Assembly (NCBI GenBank): GCA_964576725.1 | Contig: CAZNUZ010000003.1 | Location: 123-64,122, forward strand | DNA length: 64,000 nucleotides | Direction: 5' to 3' | Source of the DNA: an uncultured Phycisphaeraceae bacterium | GTDB taxonomy: Bacteria; Planctomycetota; Phycisphaerae; Phycisphaerales; UBA1924 | In this document: one piece after another, positions 28,843-37,765 of the stretch | How positions within the stretch are numbered: position 1 is the stretch's first letter | Layout of the letters: the number at the start of each line of letters is the position of its first letter | The notes under the pieces: model-generated | Database searches by the model: none | The model's input: the letters and a program-made list of their open reading frames with translations, nothing else | Told to the model about the DNA's origin: nothing | Position numbers and translations under genes: made by a program

Positions 28843-30090
28843 CTATCCGTCGAGCGCACCCATCAACTGAGCGGCGATGCCGTCGGCGAAGAGCATGCCG
28901 GCATCGGTCAGCACCAGCCGGCCGCCCGCGCTGCGCACGTTGCCCAGGCGCTCTTGCTTCTCGACTTCCTGCGTGAGTGCGCCGGCCCGGTCGCCCGCGT
29001 CTGCGATAGCAGCATGCAGGTCGAGGCCCTCGCGCAGCCGTAGGGTCGTCATGATGCGCTCCGCGAGTGCGCGGGTGGCATCGGGGCCCTCGAAGTCGAC
29101 CACGCTCGACCAACCCCCCGCCGATTCGACGCTGCGCATCCAGTCGGTCAGGCGTGGGATGTTCTTCCAGCGGTGCCCGTTGATGTGGGCCGAGGCGCTG
29201 GGGCCCGCTGCGAGCCACTGCTCCTGCCTCCAGTAGGCGAGGTTGTGCGCACAGGGGCCGCCCGTCTCGGGGTCGGACGACGCGAAGTTGCTCACCTCGT
29301 ACCACTCAATACCCACCTGCGCGAGCACTTCGCGGGTGCGGACGAAGAACTCCGCCTCGAGCTCTTCGCTCGCCGGCTCGAAACGGCCTTGGCGCAGGCG
29401 CTCGGTCATCGCGGTGTTGGGCTCATAAGTCAGGGCGTAGGCGCTGATGTGCCCGGTGCCGAGGGCGATGGCCTGCTCGAGGTCGCGGGCCCACTCGTGC
29501 GCGGTCTGGCCCGGGATGGCATAAATCAGGTCGGCGGAGACGCGGCGGATGCCCGCACGGTGCGCACACTCGATCGCGCGGGGCACGCTCGCGGGGTCGT
29601 GCCAGCGCTCGAGGGTCTTGAGGTGCGCCTCGTTGAACGACTGCGCCCCGACCGAGATGCGGTTTACCCCCCCGCTTGCGAGGAGAGTCATCAGCTCGGG
29701 GGTGGCGGTCTCAGGGTTGCACTCCACGGTCCACTCGGCACGCTCGTTGATATCGAATGCCTCGTGCAGTGCGCTCAGGAGGCGCTCCCAGTGCTGGGGC
29801 TCGAGGAGGGTGGGTGTCCCCCCGCCGACGAAGATCGTGTCCAGCGCGGGCCTTCCTCCCACAGCCTGCGCGAGCGTGCGCAGCTCGGTGATGAGCGCGC
29901 TCGTGAAGGGTGCCTGGCGGTCCTGCGAATCGACGAACGAGTAAAAATCGCAGTAGTGGCACTTGTGGAAACAGAAGGGCACGTGCACGTACAGCGATCG
30001 CGGTGGATCGGTGAGCCCCTCGAAGGCTCGGGCGGCGTGCTGCGGGCCTCCGCGTTGCCCGCCGACGGTGATGGGTGTAGTTTGGTCCAT
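28843..30090 (-). CDS. hemW: radical SAM heme chaperone HemW (HemN-like)
   Basis: YVHVPFCFHKCHYCDF (CxxxCxxC radical SAM cluster motif in HemN/HemW context). Start trimmed to Met MDQTTPITV. Confidence 0.82.
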   Translation of the reverse strand: MDQTTPITVGGQRGGPQHAARAFEGLTDPPRSLYVHVPFCFHKCHYCDFYSFVDSQDRQAPFTSALITELRTLAQAVGGRPALDTIFVGGGTPTLLEPQHWERLLSALHEAFDINERAEWTVECNPETATPELMTLLASGGVNRISVGAQSFNEAHLKTLERWHDPASVPRAIECAHRAGIRRVSADLIYAIPGQTAHEWARDLEQAIALGTGHISAYALTYEPNTAMTERLRQGRFEPASEELEAEFFVRTREVLAQVGIEWYEVSNFASSDPETGGPCAHNLAYWRQEQWLAAGPSASAHINGHRWKNIPRLTDWMRSVESAGGWSSVVDFEGPDATRALAERIMTTLRLREGLDLHAAIADAGDRAGALTQEVEKQERLGNVRSAGGRLVLTDAGMLFADGIAAQLMGALDG

Positions 30091-30214
30091 TGGTGCGGTT
30101 CGGTGCGGTCCCGGGGATGGAGCCCGCGATGCGCGGAGCACCCGAGACGGTAGCGCCGCACCACGCTGCTCGGCCAGCGTTCATTCGTCCGAGAGCCCCT
30201 GCGAGCCTCATGCC

Positions 30215-30766
30215 ATGAGCGATCACCCCCACCCCGTCTGCCTCGTCGTCTTCAAGTCCGATGGCGGTCAACGCGTCCTGGCGCTCAAGCCGGGGACCTA
30301 CGTGATCGGCCGGCACGAGTCCGCCTCGCTGCGCGTGCCCATGCCCTCGGTCAGCCGCAAGCACTGCGAGCTCGTGTGCGGCGTGGGCACCCTGAAGGTC
30401 ACCGATCTGGGCTCGGCCAACGGGACCTTCCGCAACGCGGAGCAGCTCGCGCCCCACGAGGCGGTCGAGCTCGAAGCGGGCGACACGCTCGGCGTCGGGC
30501 CCGTGCAGATGGTGGTGCAGATCAACGGCCAGCCGGAGCGCGTCGAAGCGCCCACCGGCGGGTTTGACGAGATGGCCGACACGCCCCCCACCGGGAGCCC
30601 CGCGGTCGATGAAAACGCGCCGGGATCGGAGGTCGACGCCGATCTCGACGAGACCATCGCCAAGCCCGCCTCGGGCATGGGCAGCCTGCTCTCGGGCGAC
30701 CCCGAGGACAGCAGCATCTTTGATTTCGATTTCGATTTCGAGGACGACGACAGCCCGAAGCTGTGA
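30215..30766 (+). CDS. FHA-domain protein with acidic FDFDFDFEDDD tail
   Basis: YVIGRHESASLRV...VSRKHCEL...LKVTDLGSANGTFRN matches the FHA core. Confidence 0.75.
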   Translation: MSDHPHPVCLVVFKSDGGQRVLALKPGTYVIGRHESASLRVPMPSVSRKHCELVCGVGTLKVTDLGSANGTFRNAEQLAPHEAVELEAGDTLGVGPVQMVVQINGQPERVEAPTGGFDEMADTPPTGSPAVDENAPGSEVDADLDETIAKPASGMGSLLSGDPEDSSIFDFDFDFEDDDSPKL

Positions 30767-30769
30767 CGC

Positions 30770-30946
30770 TCAGCTCGCCTTCTTCGCCGGCGCAGCAGCG
30801 GAGGAACCCGACTTCTTGGGGACCATGATCTTGCCCCCGCAGTTCCGACACCGCACGAGCCGTCCGCGCGCCTCAGCAGGCACCCCGAGCACCGCGCGGC
30901 ACTTGAGGTTCGGGCACATGATGCGGATTACGTTCTCGGGGTTCAT
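30770..30946 (-). CDS. 58-aa zinc-ribbon protein (MJ0042-type), not in the six-frame track
   Basis: Manual translation MNPENVIRIMCPNLKCRAVLGVPAEARGRLVRCRNCGGKIMVPKKSGSSAAAPAKKAS has two CxxC pairs. Confidence 0.5.
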   Translation of the reverse strand: MNPENVIRIMCPNLKCRAVLGVPAEARGRLVRCRNCGGKIMVPKKSGSSAAAPAKKAS

Positions 30947-31035
30947 AGAATGAGCCTCATGGGAGAAGGTCCCACAGACTCTTCGACGAATCCCGAGGCC
31001 GGCTTGATATCAGACGCCGGAAAGGACCCAAACGC

Positions 31036-32430
31036 ATGCCCCCGCACGCGCGATCGCACTTCAACGACCCCGCACCCGACCTCCGCACGCCGATAACCAC
31101 CGCGGGGCTCTCCGTAGTCGGTCTGCAATGGGGAGACGAGGGCAAGGGCAAGGTCATCGATCGCCTCGCACCCGGCTACAAGGCGGTGGTGCGGTACAAC
31201 GGCGGCGCGAACGCGGGGCACTCGGTCGTCTTCAACGGCCAGCGCCACGCCCTGCACCTCGTGCCCTCGGGCATTTTCCACCCGGGCGTGCGGGCGATCA
31301 TCGGCCCGGGCGTGGTCGTGGACCCCGAGGGGCTCGTGAAGGAACTCGAGGGGCTCACGGGCGCGGGGATCGATGTCTCGAGCCTCGTGCTCTCGGACCG
31401 GGCGCACCTGGTGCTCCCCTACCACAAGGCCGAGGACGCGACGCGCGAGGTCCGCCTCGACGACCCCGCGCAGGCGAACCGCGCCGGCGCGACGGCGGGT
31501 GCGATCGGCACGACCCGCCGTGGCATCGGGCCGGCGTACGCCGAGAAGGCCACGCGGGCGACGGCCATCCGCGCGGGTGATCTGCTCCGCCCCGACGTGC
31601 TGCGCGAGCGCCTGCGCCTGGCGTGCGCGTTCAAGAGCGCCGGCAACACGGTCGTCGATGCCCCCGCGGAGGCGCTCGACCCCGAGGGGCTATTCGAGAG
31701 CCTGATGGCTGTGGCGCCCAAGCTCGAGCCGCACCTCGGCGACACGACCTACATGCTGCACGAGATGCTGCGCGCTGGGGAGCCGCTGCTCTTCGAGGGC
31801 GCGAACGCGACGCTTCTCGATGTGGACCACGGGACATTCCCGTTTGTCACGTCGTCTTCGACGACGGCGCTTGGGATCCCTTCGGGCGCGGGCGTTCCGG
31901 GGCGGGCTGTGGGCCGCACGCTCGGGGTGCTCAAGGCGTACTCCACGCGTGTGGGCGCGGGGCCGATGCCCACGGAGTTGCACGACGAGACGGGGGAGCT
32001 CATCCGCACGCGTGGCAACGAGTTCGGCACCACAACGGGCCGGCCGAGGCGTTGCGGGTGGCTGGACCTGGTCGCGGTGCGGTACGCCGCCATGCTCAAC
32101 GGCGCGACGGGCCTTGCGGTCATGCTGCTCGATGTGCTTTCGGGCTTCGACGAGCTAAAGGTCTGCACGGGGTACCGCGTGGACGGGGTGACAACAGACC
32201 GCTTCTGCCCCGACGCCTACGACCTCGCGCGCGTCGAGCCGGTGTACGAATCGATCGAGGGCTTCGCGGGTGACATCACGGGCGCGCGCACGCTCGACGA
32301 TCTGCCGGCGGGCGCTCGCGCGTACCTCGACTACATCGAGGGGTACGTGGGCGTGCCGATCGCACTGGTCTCCATCGGCCCCGATCGCGAGCAGACGATC
32401 ACGGACGACGGCGCACTCGTCGCGCAGTAA
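31036..32430 (+). CDS. purA: adenylosuccinate synthetase
   Basis: GLQWGDEGKGK P-loop, GIGPAY, typical PurA length. About 25-aa N-terminal extension if ATG 31036 is used. Confidence 0.92.
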   Translation: MPPHARSHFNDPAPDLRTPITTAGLSVVGLQWGDEGKGKVIDRLAPGYKAVVRYNGGANAGHSVVFNGQRHALHLVPSGIFHPGVRAIIGPGVVVDPEGLVKELEGLTGAGIDVSSLVLSDRAHLVLPYHKAEDATREVRLDDPAQANRAGATAGAIGTTRRGIGPAYAEKATRATAIRAGDLLRPDVLRERLRLACAFKSAGNTVVDAPAEALDPEGLFESLMAVAPKLEPHLGDTTYMLHEMLRAGEPLLFEGANATLLDVDHGTFPFVTSSSTTALGIPSGAGVPGRAVGRTLGVLKAYSTRVGAGPMPTELHDETGELIRTRGNEFGTTTGRPRRCGWLDLVAVRYAAMLNGATGLAVMLLDVLSGFDELKVCTGYRVDGVTTDRFCPDAYDLARVEPVYESIEGFAGDITGARTLDDLPAGARAYLDYIEGYVGVPIALVSIGPDREQTITDDGALVAQ

Positions 32431-32471
32431 TCATCGCTGGAATACGCAGCGCACCCACACGAAAGCCGGCT

Positions 32472-34613
32472 TCACGCCATCGCGGCCAGGGCGTCTTTCG
32501 CTTTGGAGAGGCGCGCGCGGACGTGCTTGTGCGCGCTGGGGTGGCGGTCGGCGGTGAAGACCTCGAGCGCGAGCTCGTAGCAGGCGACGGCTTCGCCCAG
32601 GTGCTCGTACTTATCACCCGGGAGGCGGCTCCACGCGAGGCCCAGGTTGCTCTGCGTTTTGGCCCACTCGCTCGGCGCGGTCTCTTGCGTGCGGACGGAG
32701 AGCGCCGCGGTGAAGCACTCGATCGCTTCTTTGACCGTGGCGCCGCGGCCTTGCACGGGCAGGTGCAGGAGCGCGGTGCCCAGGTTGTTCTGGGTGGAGG
32801 CCCACTCGCTGGGCTGGGCCGACTTGGTGCGCACCTCGAGCGCGCTGCGGTAGCAGGCGATCGCCCGGCGCATGTTCTTCTCGCGCTCGCGCGGCTCGCC
32901 CGGGAGGAGCGCGTAGGCGTTGCCGAGGTTGCTCTGTGTGGCGGCCCACTCGGAGCGCTTGCCGATCTCGGACCAGACGCTGAGCGCTCCTTGGTGGCAG
33001 GCGATGCCGCGCTCGACGTTCTGGGTGTGATCGCCCGCGGGGAGCTGGATCCAGGCGTTGCCGAGGTTGTTCTGCAGCCGGGCCCAGTGCGCGGGGTGAT
33101 CCTCTTTGGTGCGCACCTCGAGGGCGGCGCTGAAGCAGCGGATGGCCTGCTCGAGTGTGCGCGCGCGGTTGTCGGTCGGCAGGCGTTCCCACGCGTGGCC
33201 CATCGCGTTCTGCACCGACGCCCAGCGTTCGGGCGCCGACTCACGCGACCAGACCTTCTCGGCCTGGCGCAGGCTGCCGATGGCGTGCTCGACGTTCTCG
33301 AAGCGGTCGCCCGTAGGCATCTCGATCCAGGTGTGCGCCAGGTGCAGGCGCGCTTCGGCCCACCAGTCGGCGTCGTCCTTGGGATCGAAGATGCTGGCGG
33401 CCTGCTGGAAACAGCGGACGGACTCGTGCAGGGCGTGATCGCGGTCACGCGTCGGCATAGCGCTCCACGCGAGCCCCAAGACGACGAGCGCGCACCCGCG
33501 CGTCCGCGAGCCCGCGGGCTGGTCGCTCACCGTCTGCGTGAGCAGATCGAGCGCCTCGCGGAGATGGTCGTCGCGCACGCCCGAGTCCCGGCGGAGCAGG
33601 GCCAGCGCGAGGTTGCGCCGGCGGATGTCGTCGTCGCTCAGCCGGCGCGCGGCGCGGTAGTGGTCGGTCGCGCGGTCGTAGTTGCCCGACATGTAGGCCT
33701 GATCGCCCAGGCGCGTCTCGCGCTCGAGCATGTTGGCTTTGGGGATCTCCTGCGCGAAATCGCCCGCGAGCGAGAGCTTCTTGAGGGCCAGTGCGCCGAC
33801 GGCCTTCGCCAGCGGGTCGCCCGCGCCGAAGAGCCGCTGGGCGGCCTGCTCTTCGTGTTCGCGCAGCTGCCACTCGCCCGCCCAGTCGCCGGGGCGCTTG
33901 TCGTCGAGGAGGCCCGCGACGAGCGCGAGGTCGGCCTCGTCGACGTCGCCCGCGGGGGCTGCGGTGTCGGACATCGAGATGCCGCCGTCGGCCGTGACCA
34001 CGGGCTCGGCGTCGAGATCGGCTGGGGCAACGGCAGCGGTATCGGCGGGCTGGGGCTTCTGCTCGGAGAGCGGTGTTGCAGCCGGGGCGGAGACCGTTTG
34101 CGCCGCGATCTGCTGGAGCAGGGGGCAGTCCTCTTCGCCGTCGGACCCGGGGAGCGGGCCGTCGAACCAGGCCTCGAAGTCGGCGAGGCGCTGATCGATC
34201 GATTCGTTGTGATCGGTGATCCACTTGCTGAGATGGATGCGCAGCCACGCGTGGCGCGTGAGCGTGGAGTGGATCGCAGAGGGGGAGACCGTGAGCACCT
34301 GCTCCCAGGCGCGGGCGCGCTCGGCGGAGATAAGCGCGTGCCGACGGCGCCCCGAAGCCAGCGCCTCGATCGCCCGGCGGACGGTCCCGTAGCGCAGCAC
34401 AAGACGGGCGATGTACGAGCCCGCCTTCTCGACCGACTCGCCCGTGTCCCCGCTCTGCCCGATCACCGTCTCCGCGAGGAGGCTGAGCAGGTCGGGCAGG
34501 ATGCCCAGCCCGCCCTTGGGCGTCTCGGTGCGCCCCATCGCGGTGCGGACGGCGCCGGAGCTGATGCGGCCGGTCGTGGTGACGAGTCGGGTGATCTGTC
34601 GTGCTGAGGCCAT
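32472..34613 (-). CDS. tetratricopeptide-repeat protein (at least 12 TPR units)
   Basis: Recurrent W-A-x-x-Q-N-N-L-G-N-A-[WY] 34-aa TPR units. Confidence 0.8.
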   Translation of the reverse strand: MASARQITRLVTTTGRISSGAVRTAMGRTETPKGGLGILPDLLSLLAETVIGQSGDTGESVEKAGSYIARLVLRYGTVRRAIEALASGRRRHALISAERARAWEQVLTVSPSAIHSTLTRHAWLRIHLSKWITDHNESIDQRLADFEAWFDGPLPGSDGEEDCPLLQQIAAQTVSAPAATPLSEQKPQPADTAAVAPADLDAEPVVTADGGISMSDTAAPAGDVDEADLALVAGLLDDKRPGDWAGEWQLREHEEQAAQRLFGAGDPLAKAVGALALKKLSLAGDFAQEIPKANMLERETRLGDQAYMSGNYDRATDHYRAARRLSDDDIRRRNLALALLRRDSGVRDDHLREALDLLTQTVSDQPAGSRTRGCALVVLGLAWSAMPTRDRDHALHESVRCFQQAASIFDPKDDADWWAEARLHLAHTWIEMPTGDRFENVEHAIGSLRQAEKVWSRESAPERWASVQNAMGHAWERLPTDNRARTLEQAIRCFSAALEVRTKEDHPAHWARLQNNLGNAWIQLPAGDHTQNVERGIACHQGALSVWSEIGKRSEWAATQSNLGNAYALLPGEPREREKNMRRAIACYRSALEVRTKSAQPSEWASTQNNLGTALLHLPVQGRGATVKEAIECFTAALSVRTQETAPSEWAKTQSNLGLAWSRLPGDKYEHLGEAVACYELALEVFTADRHPSAHKHVRARLSKAKDALAAMA

Positions 34614-34700
34614 GCCTCACGGTACAGCGCCGGTGGGGTTTCCCCAAGCCCCCACTTGTGCGGGTCGTGGCTGTGAGGCCTTGACGAGGAAACGGCTGCG

Positions 34701-35339
34701 CTAAAAGCCGGCTGAGGCGAGCCAGGCAGAGGGGGTCTCTTCGAGTGCGCCCGCGATGGAGAGGAGGCTCTCGAGCGAGGGGAGGTGGGCGCCGCGCTCG
34801 ATGGAGGAGAGCTGGCTCACGCTCACCCCCGATGCTTCGGAGAGCTCTTTGAGGGTCCAGGACCGGCGGGTGCGGGCGAGGCGGATGCCGCGACCCAGTT
34901 CCGAGCGGAGGCGGTCGGCGGGTGTCATGCCGAGGCCGAACTGCTCGGAGGCCTGGAGCAGCACGCTGCGCAGGTCATCGAGTGAGAAGGGCTTTGCGAG
35001 GTAGTCGAAGACTTCTCTTTTGAATGTCGAGCGCATCGTCTCGAGGGAGGGGTACCCGGTGATGACGACGACGCAGAGCTTGGGCCAGCGCTCGCGCATC
35101 TCGGTGAGGACGCCTTCGCCGGTGTGCTTGCCCATGTTCATATCGAGGAGGACAACGTCGGGGAGTCGGTCCTCATTGAGGCTGTAGAGCTCGCCGGGGC
35201 TGGCGGCGGTGCGCACCGCGTGCCCCTCCTCTTCGAGGACGGAGCGCATGTACTCGCGGAAGTCCGCGTCGTCGTCGAGCGCGACGATGTCGAGCGGCGG
35301 CTGGGCGGCGAGTGGCGGGTTGGCGGGGTCGTCGATCAC
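34701..35339 (-). CDS. response regulator, REC domain fused to XRE-type helix-turn-helix
   Basis: Receiver domain DIVALDDDADF...LLDMNMGK, C-terminal WTLKELSEASGVSVSQLSSIERGAHLPSLESLLSIAGAL (Cro/C1-type HTH). Confidence 0.8.
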   Translation of the reverse strand: MIDDPANPPLAAQPPLDIVALDDDADFREYMRSVLEEEGHAVRTAASPGELYSLNEDRLPDVVLLDMNMGKHTGEGVLTEMRERWPKLCVVVITGYPSLETMRSTFKREVFDYLAKPFSLDDLRSVLLQASEQFGLGMTPADRLRSELGRGIRLARTRRSWTLKELSEASGVSVSQLSSIERGAHLPSLESLLSIAGALEETPSAWLASAGF

Positions 35340-36949
35340 GTCTCGGGCTGCTCCGGGGTCGGGTGCGTGTCATCGTAGTCGGCGTGCAGGCCCTGCTCCG
35401 GTTCCCCTGCTTCCCCGGGATCCACGGGATCCCCGGGTTCAGCGGGCTGCTCGGGCTCTTCGGTTTCTTGGGGCTCCTCGCCTGGACGGGCCTCCTGGGC
35501 CTGCTGGGGGTCAAACGGGAGCACGATCTCGAAGATCGCACCGGTCTGGGGTGCGGCCTGGTTGCGCACGAGGAGCACGCCTCGGTGCTCGCGAACGATG
35601 CCCTCGGCGACCGCGAGGCCGAGGCCGGTGCCGTCGGCGTCGAGCCGGGTCGAGGCGAAGGGCTCGAACATGCGTGAGAGCATCTCGGCGGCGATGCCGG
35701 GGCCCGTGTCGGCGATGACGATCGAGAGCCACTCGCCCCCGTCGCGCTCGCGGGCTTCGGCGCTCACACGGATGCTCCGAGCGCTGGGCGGCGACTCTTC
35801 CATCGCGTCGACCGCATTGCGCAGCACGTTCACGAAGACCTGGATCATCCGGTCGGAGTCTGCGGGGATGGAGAGGAACGGGTCGACGGCGTTCTCGAAG
35901 CCGACGCCCGAGCTCCCCCGGTCGATGCTCACAAGGGTCCACGCCTCGGCCAGCGCTTCCCGCACACGCATGGGGGTGTAGGCCGGCGGGCGGACGCGCG
36001 CAAAGTCGAGGAGTGACTCGCTGAGGCGTTCGAGCCGTTGCATCACGCGGAGCATGAGCGCGACGCGCGCGGGCGACGGGGCGGACTGCTTGGATTCGAG
36101 CTCCTCCACGCAGCCCTTGAGCACCGCGAGGGGGGTGTTGATCTCGTGGGCGACACCCGCGGACATCATGCCGAGGCTCGCCAGGCGGTCTTGATCCGCG
36201 AGGTTGCGCTTGGCGTTCTCGAGCAGGTGGTTCTTGCGTTTGAGCTCGGTGGCGATGCGCTCGAGCTCGTCGAAGGTCTCGGCGAGGCGCGATTCCTGGT
36301 CGCGCAGCTTCTCGATCGAGGCGTTGCGCGAGCGCATGATCTCGCCGAGCTCGTCGTTGCCGATCTGATCTTCGGGGATGAGCTCGGCCTCGCGCATCCC
36401 GCGCTGAACCGCCTCGTCGGCGACGCGCAGACGCTCGATCGGCCGGTACACCTGCGAGGGCAGCACAAAGAGCTCGAGCACGAGCACGATGAGCCCGTAG
36501 ACCGCGAGGAGCGAGATCGTCACGTACAGATAGAGGTCGTTGACCGCCTTCTTGCCCGCGATCGAGTTGGAGACCGCGGAGACGAACTCGCCCGTCTCCG
36601 TGTCGTAGCGAGCGGCGAGCGGGCCGAGGGGCCCGGACTCGAAGTAGATCGCCTCGCCCCCCGCCCGGCGCACCTCGGCGGACATCTCGGCGGAGAGATC
36701 GGTCTCGGAGGGCGAGCCGCGGTAGAGGGTGATCCCGTCGACGCCGAGCTCGGCGCTGCCCTCGGCGAGGGCGAGGAGCGAGGCGCGCTCTTTGCCCGCC
36801 ATCGCCAGGCGCTCGACGGGTGCGCGGATCGCAAGCAGCAGGATCACCGCGAGCGAAACCGAAAAGACGGTATGCAGCACGATGAGCTTGCGCCGGATGC
36901 GCATGGCGGCGTGCTCGCGGATGATCTGAGGCAGGCGCGGGCCGCTCAA
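35336..36949 (-). CDS. sensor histidine kinase (2 TM, periplasmic sensor, HisKA-HATPase_c)
   Basis: H-box MSAGVAHEINTPL, N/G boxes VLRNAVDAM, DTGPGI and GTGLGLAVA. Stop overlaps the RR start (ATGA). Confidence 0.85.
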   Translation of the reverse strand: MSGPRLPQIIREHAAMRIRRKLIVLHTVFSVSLAVILLLAIRAPVERLAMAGKERASLLALAEGSAELGVDGITLYRGSPSETDLSAEMSAEVRRAGGEAIYFESGPLGPLAARYDTETGEFVSAVSNSIAGKKAVNDLYLYVTISLLAVYGLIVLVLELFVLPSQVYRPIERLRVADEAVQRGMREAELIPEDQIGNDELGEIMRSRNASIEKLRDQESRLAETFDELERIATELKRKNHLLENAKRNLADQDRLASLGMMSAGVAHEINTPLAVLKGCVEELESKQSAPSPARVALMLRVMQRLERLSESLLDFARVRPPAYTPMRVREALAEAWTLVSIDRGSSGVGFENAVDPFLSIPADSDRMIQVFVNVLRNAVDAMEESPPSARSIRVSAEARERDGGEWLSIVIADTGPGIAAEMLSRMFEPFASTRLDADGTGLGLAVAEGIVREHRGVLLVRNQAAPQTGAIFEIVLPFDPQQAQEARPGEEPQETEEPEQPAEPGDPVDPGEAGEPEQGLHADYDDTHPTPEQPET

Positions 36950-37683
36950 GGGGCTGCGTCTTGCTGAGGATCAGGATCGGCCCCGGTGTCCCCCTGGGCC
37001 TCGGGCATGGGGTTGGAGAGCGTGCTCTCGATGCGCACGGGCGCGTTCTCCTCTTGCCACCGCATCAGATCCACGATCACGTAGAGCAGCACGCCGAAGG
37101 CAAGGAAGAGTGCACAGAGCGAGGCAACGGTCACGATCCTCGATCGTTTTTGCTGTTCGGCCTGCAGCACTTCGAGCTCGCGGACGGCTTCGGTGGGGTC
37201 GAGCTTGTCGAGCGCGTCAACGAGCTCGCGCTCGGCGGCTTCGAAGGAGGGGCCGAGCTTAGACTCGAGCGCCCGCCGGGCTGTCGGCAGGTGGATGGCC
37301 TCGATCGCGTTGCGTGAGCAGTCCATAGCGCGGGCGGCGCGGGGCAGGTCGAGGCCGTCGAGCGCGGTGAGGACCCATGCCTCGCGTGGCTGGGGCTCGA
37401 GATCGCGCGAGGCCTCCCAGACGCGGGCTGCGGCGTCGGACAGCTTCACACGGGTCGAGAGGCCGTCGGCATGCGGCTCGTCTTGTGCGGGCTGCACGGG
37501 CGATTCGTAGGTGGGGCGCGCGGACTGGATCACGGTGCGGTCGTACCGCGCGTCGCTGCCGCGTTCGGGCGCGGGGTGGAGCCGGGTGACGTCGTGCAGC
37601 ACCCGGGACGCGTGCGCGTCGGAGTCGGTGAGGAGCAAGGCGAGTCGCCACGCCCGACGTTGGTACGCCTCTCGTGCGTCCAT
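36946..37683 (-). CDS. ECF-type sigma factor-like protein with C-terminal transmembrane anchor
   Basis: Region-2-like AYQRRAWRLALLLTDSDAHASRVLHDV, region-4 HTH LTALDGLDLPRAARAMDCSRNAIEAIHLPTARRALESKL, then TM helix IVTVASLCALFLAFGVLLYVIV. Start trimmed to Met at 37681-37683. Stop overlaps the HK start. Confidence 0.5.
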   Translation of the reverse strand: MDAREAYQRRAWRLALLLTDSDAHASRVLHDVTRLHPAPERGSDARYDRTVIQSARPTYESPVQPAQDEPHADGLSTRVKLSDAAARVWEASRDLEPQPREAWVLTALDGLDLPRAARAMDCSRNAIEAIHLPTARRALESKLGPSFEAAERELVDALDKLDPTEAVRELEVLQAEQQKRSRIVTVASLCALFLAFGVLLYVIVDLMRWQEENAPVRIESTLSNPMPEAQGDTGADPDPQQDAAP

Positions 37684-37765
37684 GGGGCAAGTGTATCCGC
37701 CCGCTGCGCGGTAGGGTGTGCGTGTGGGGCACACCCCACCACTCACCCCCCGAAACCCGAGGTTC

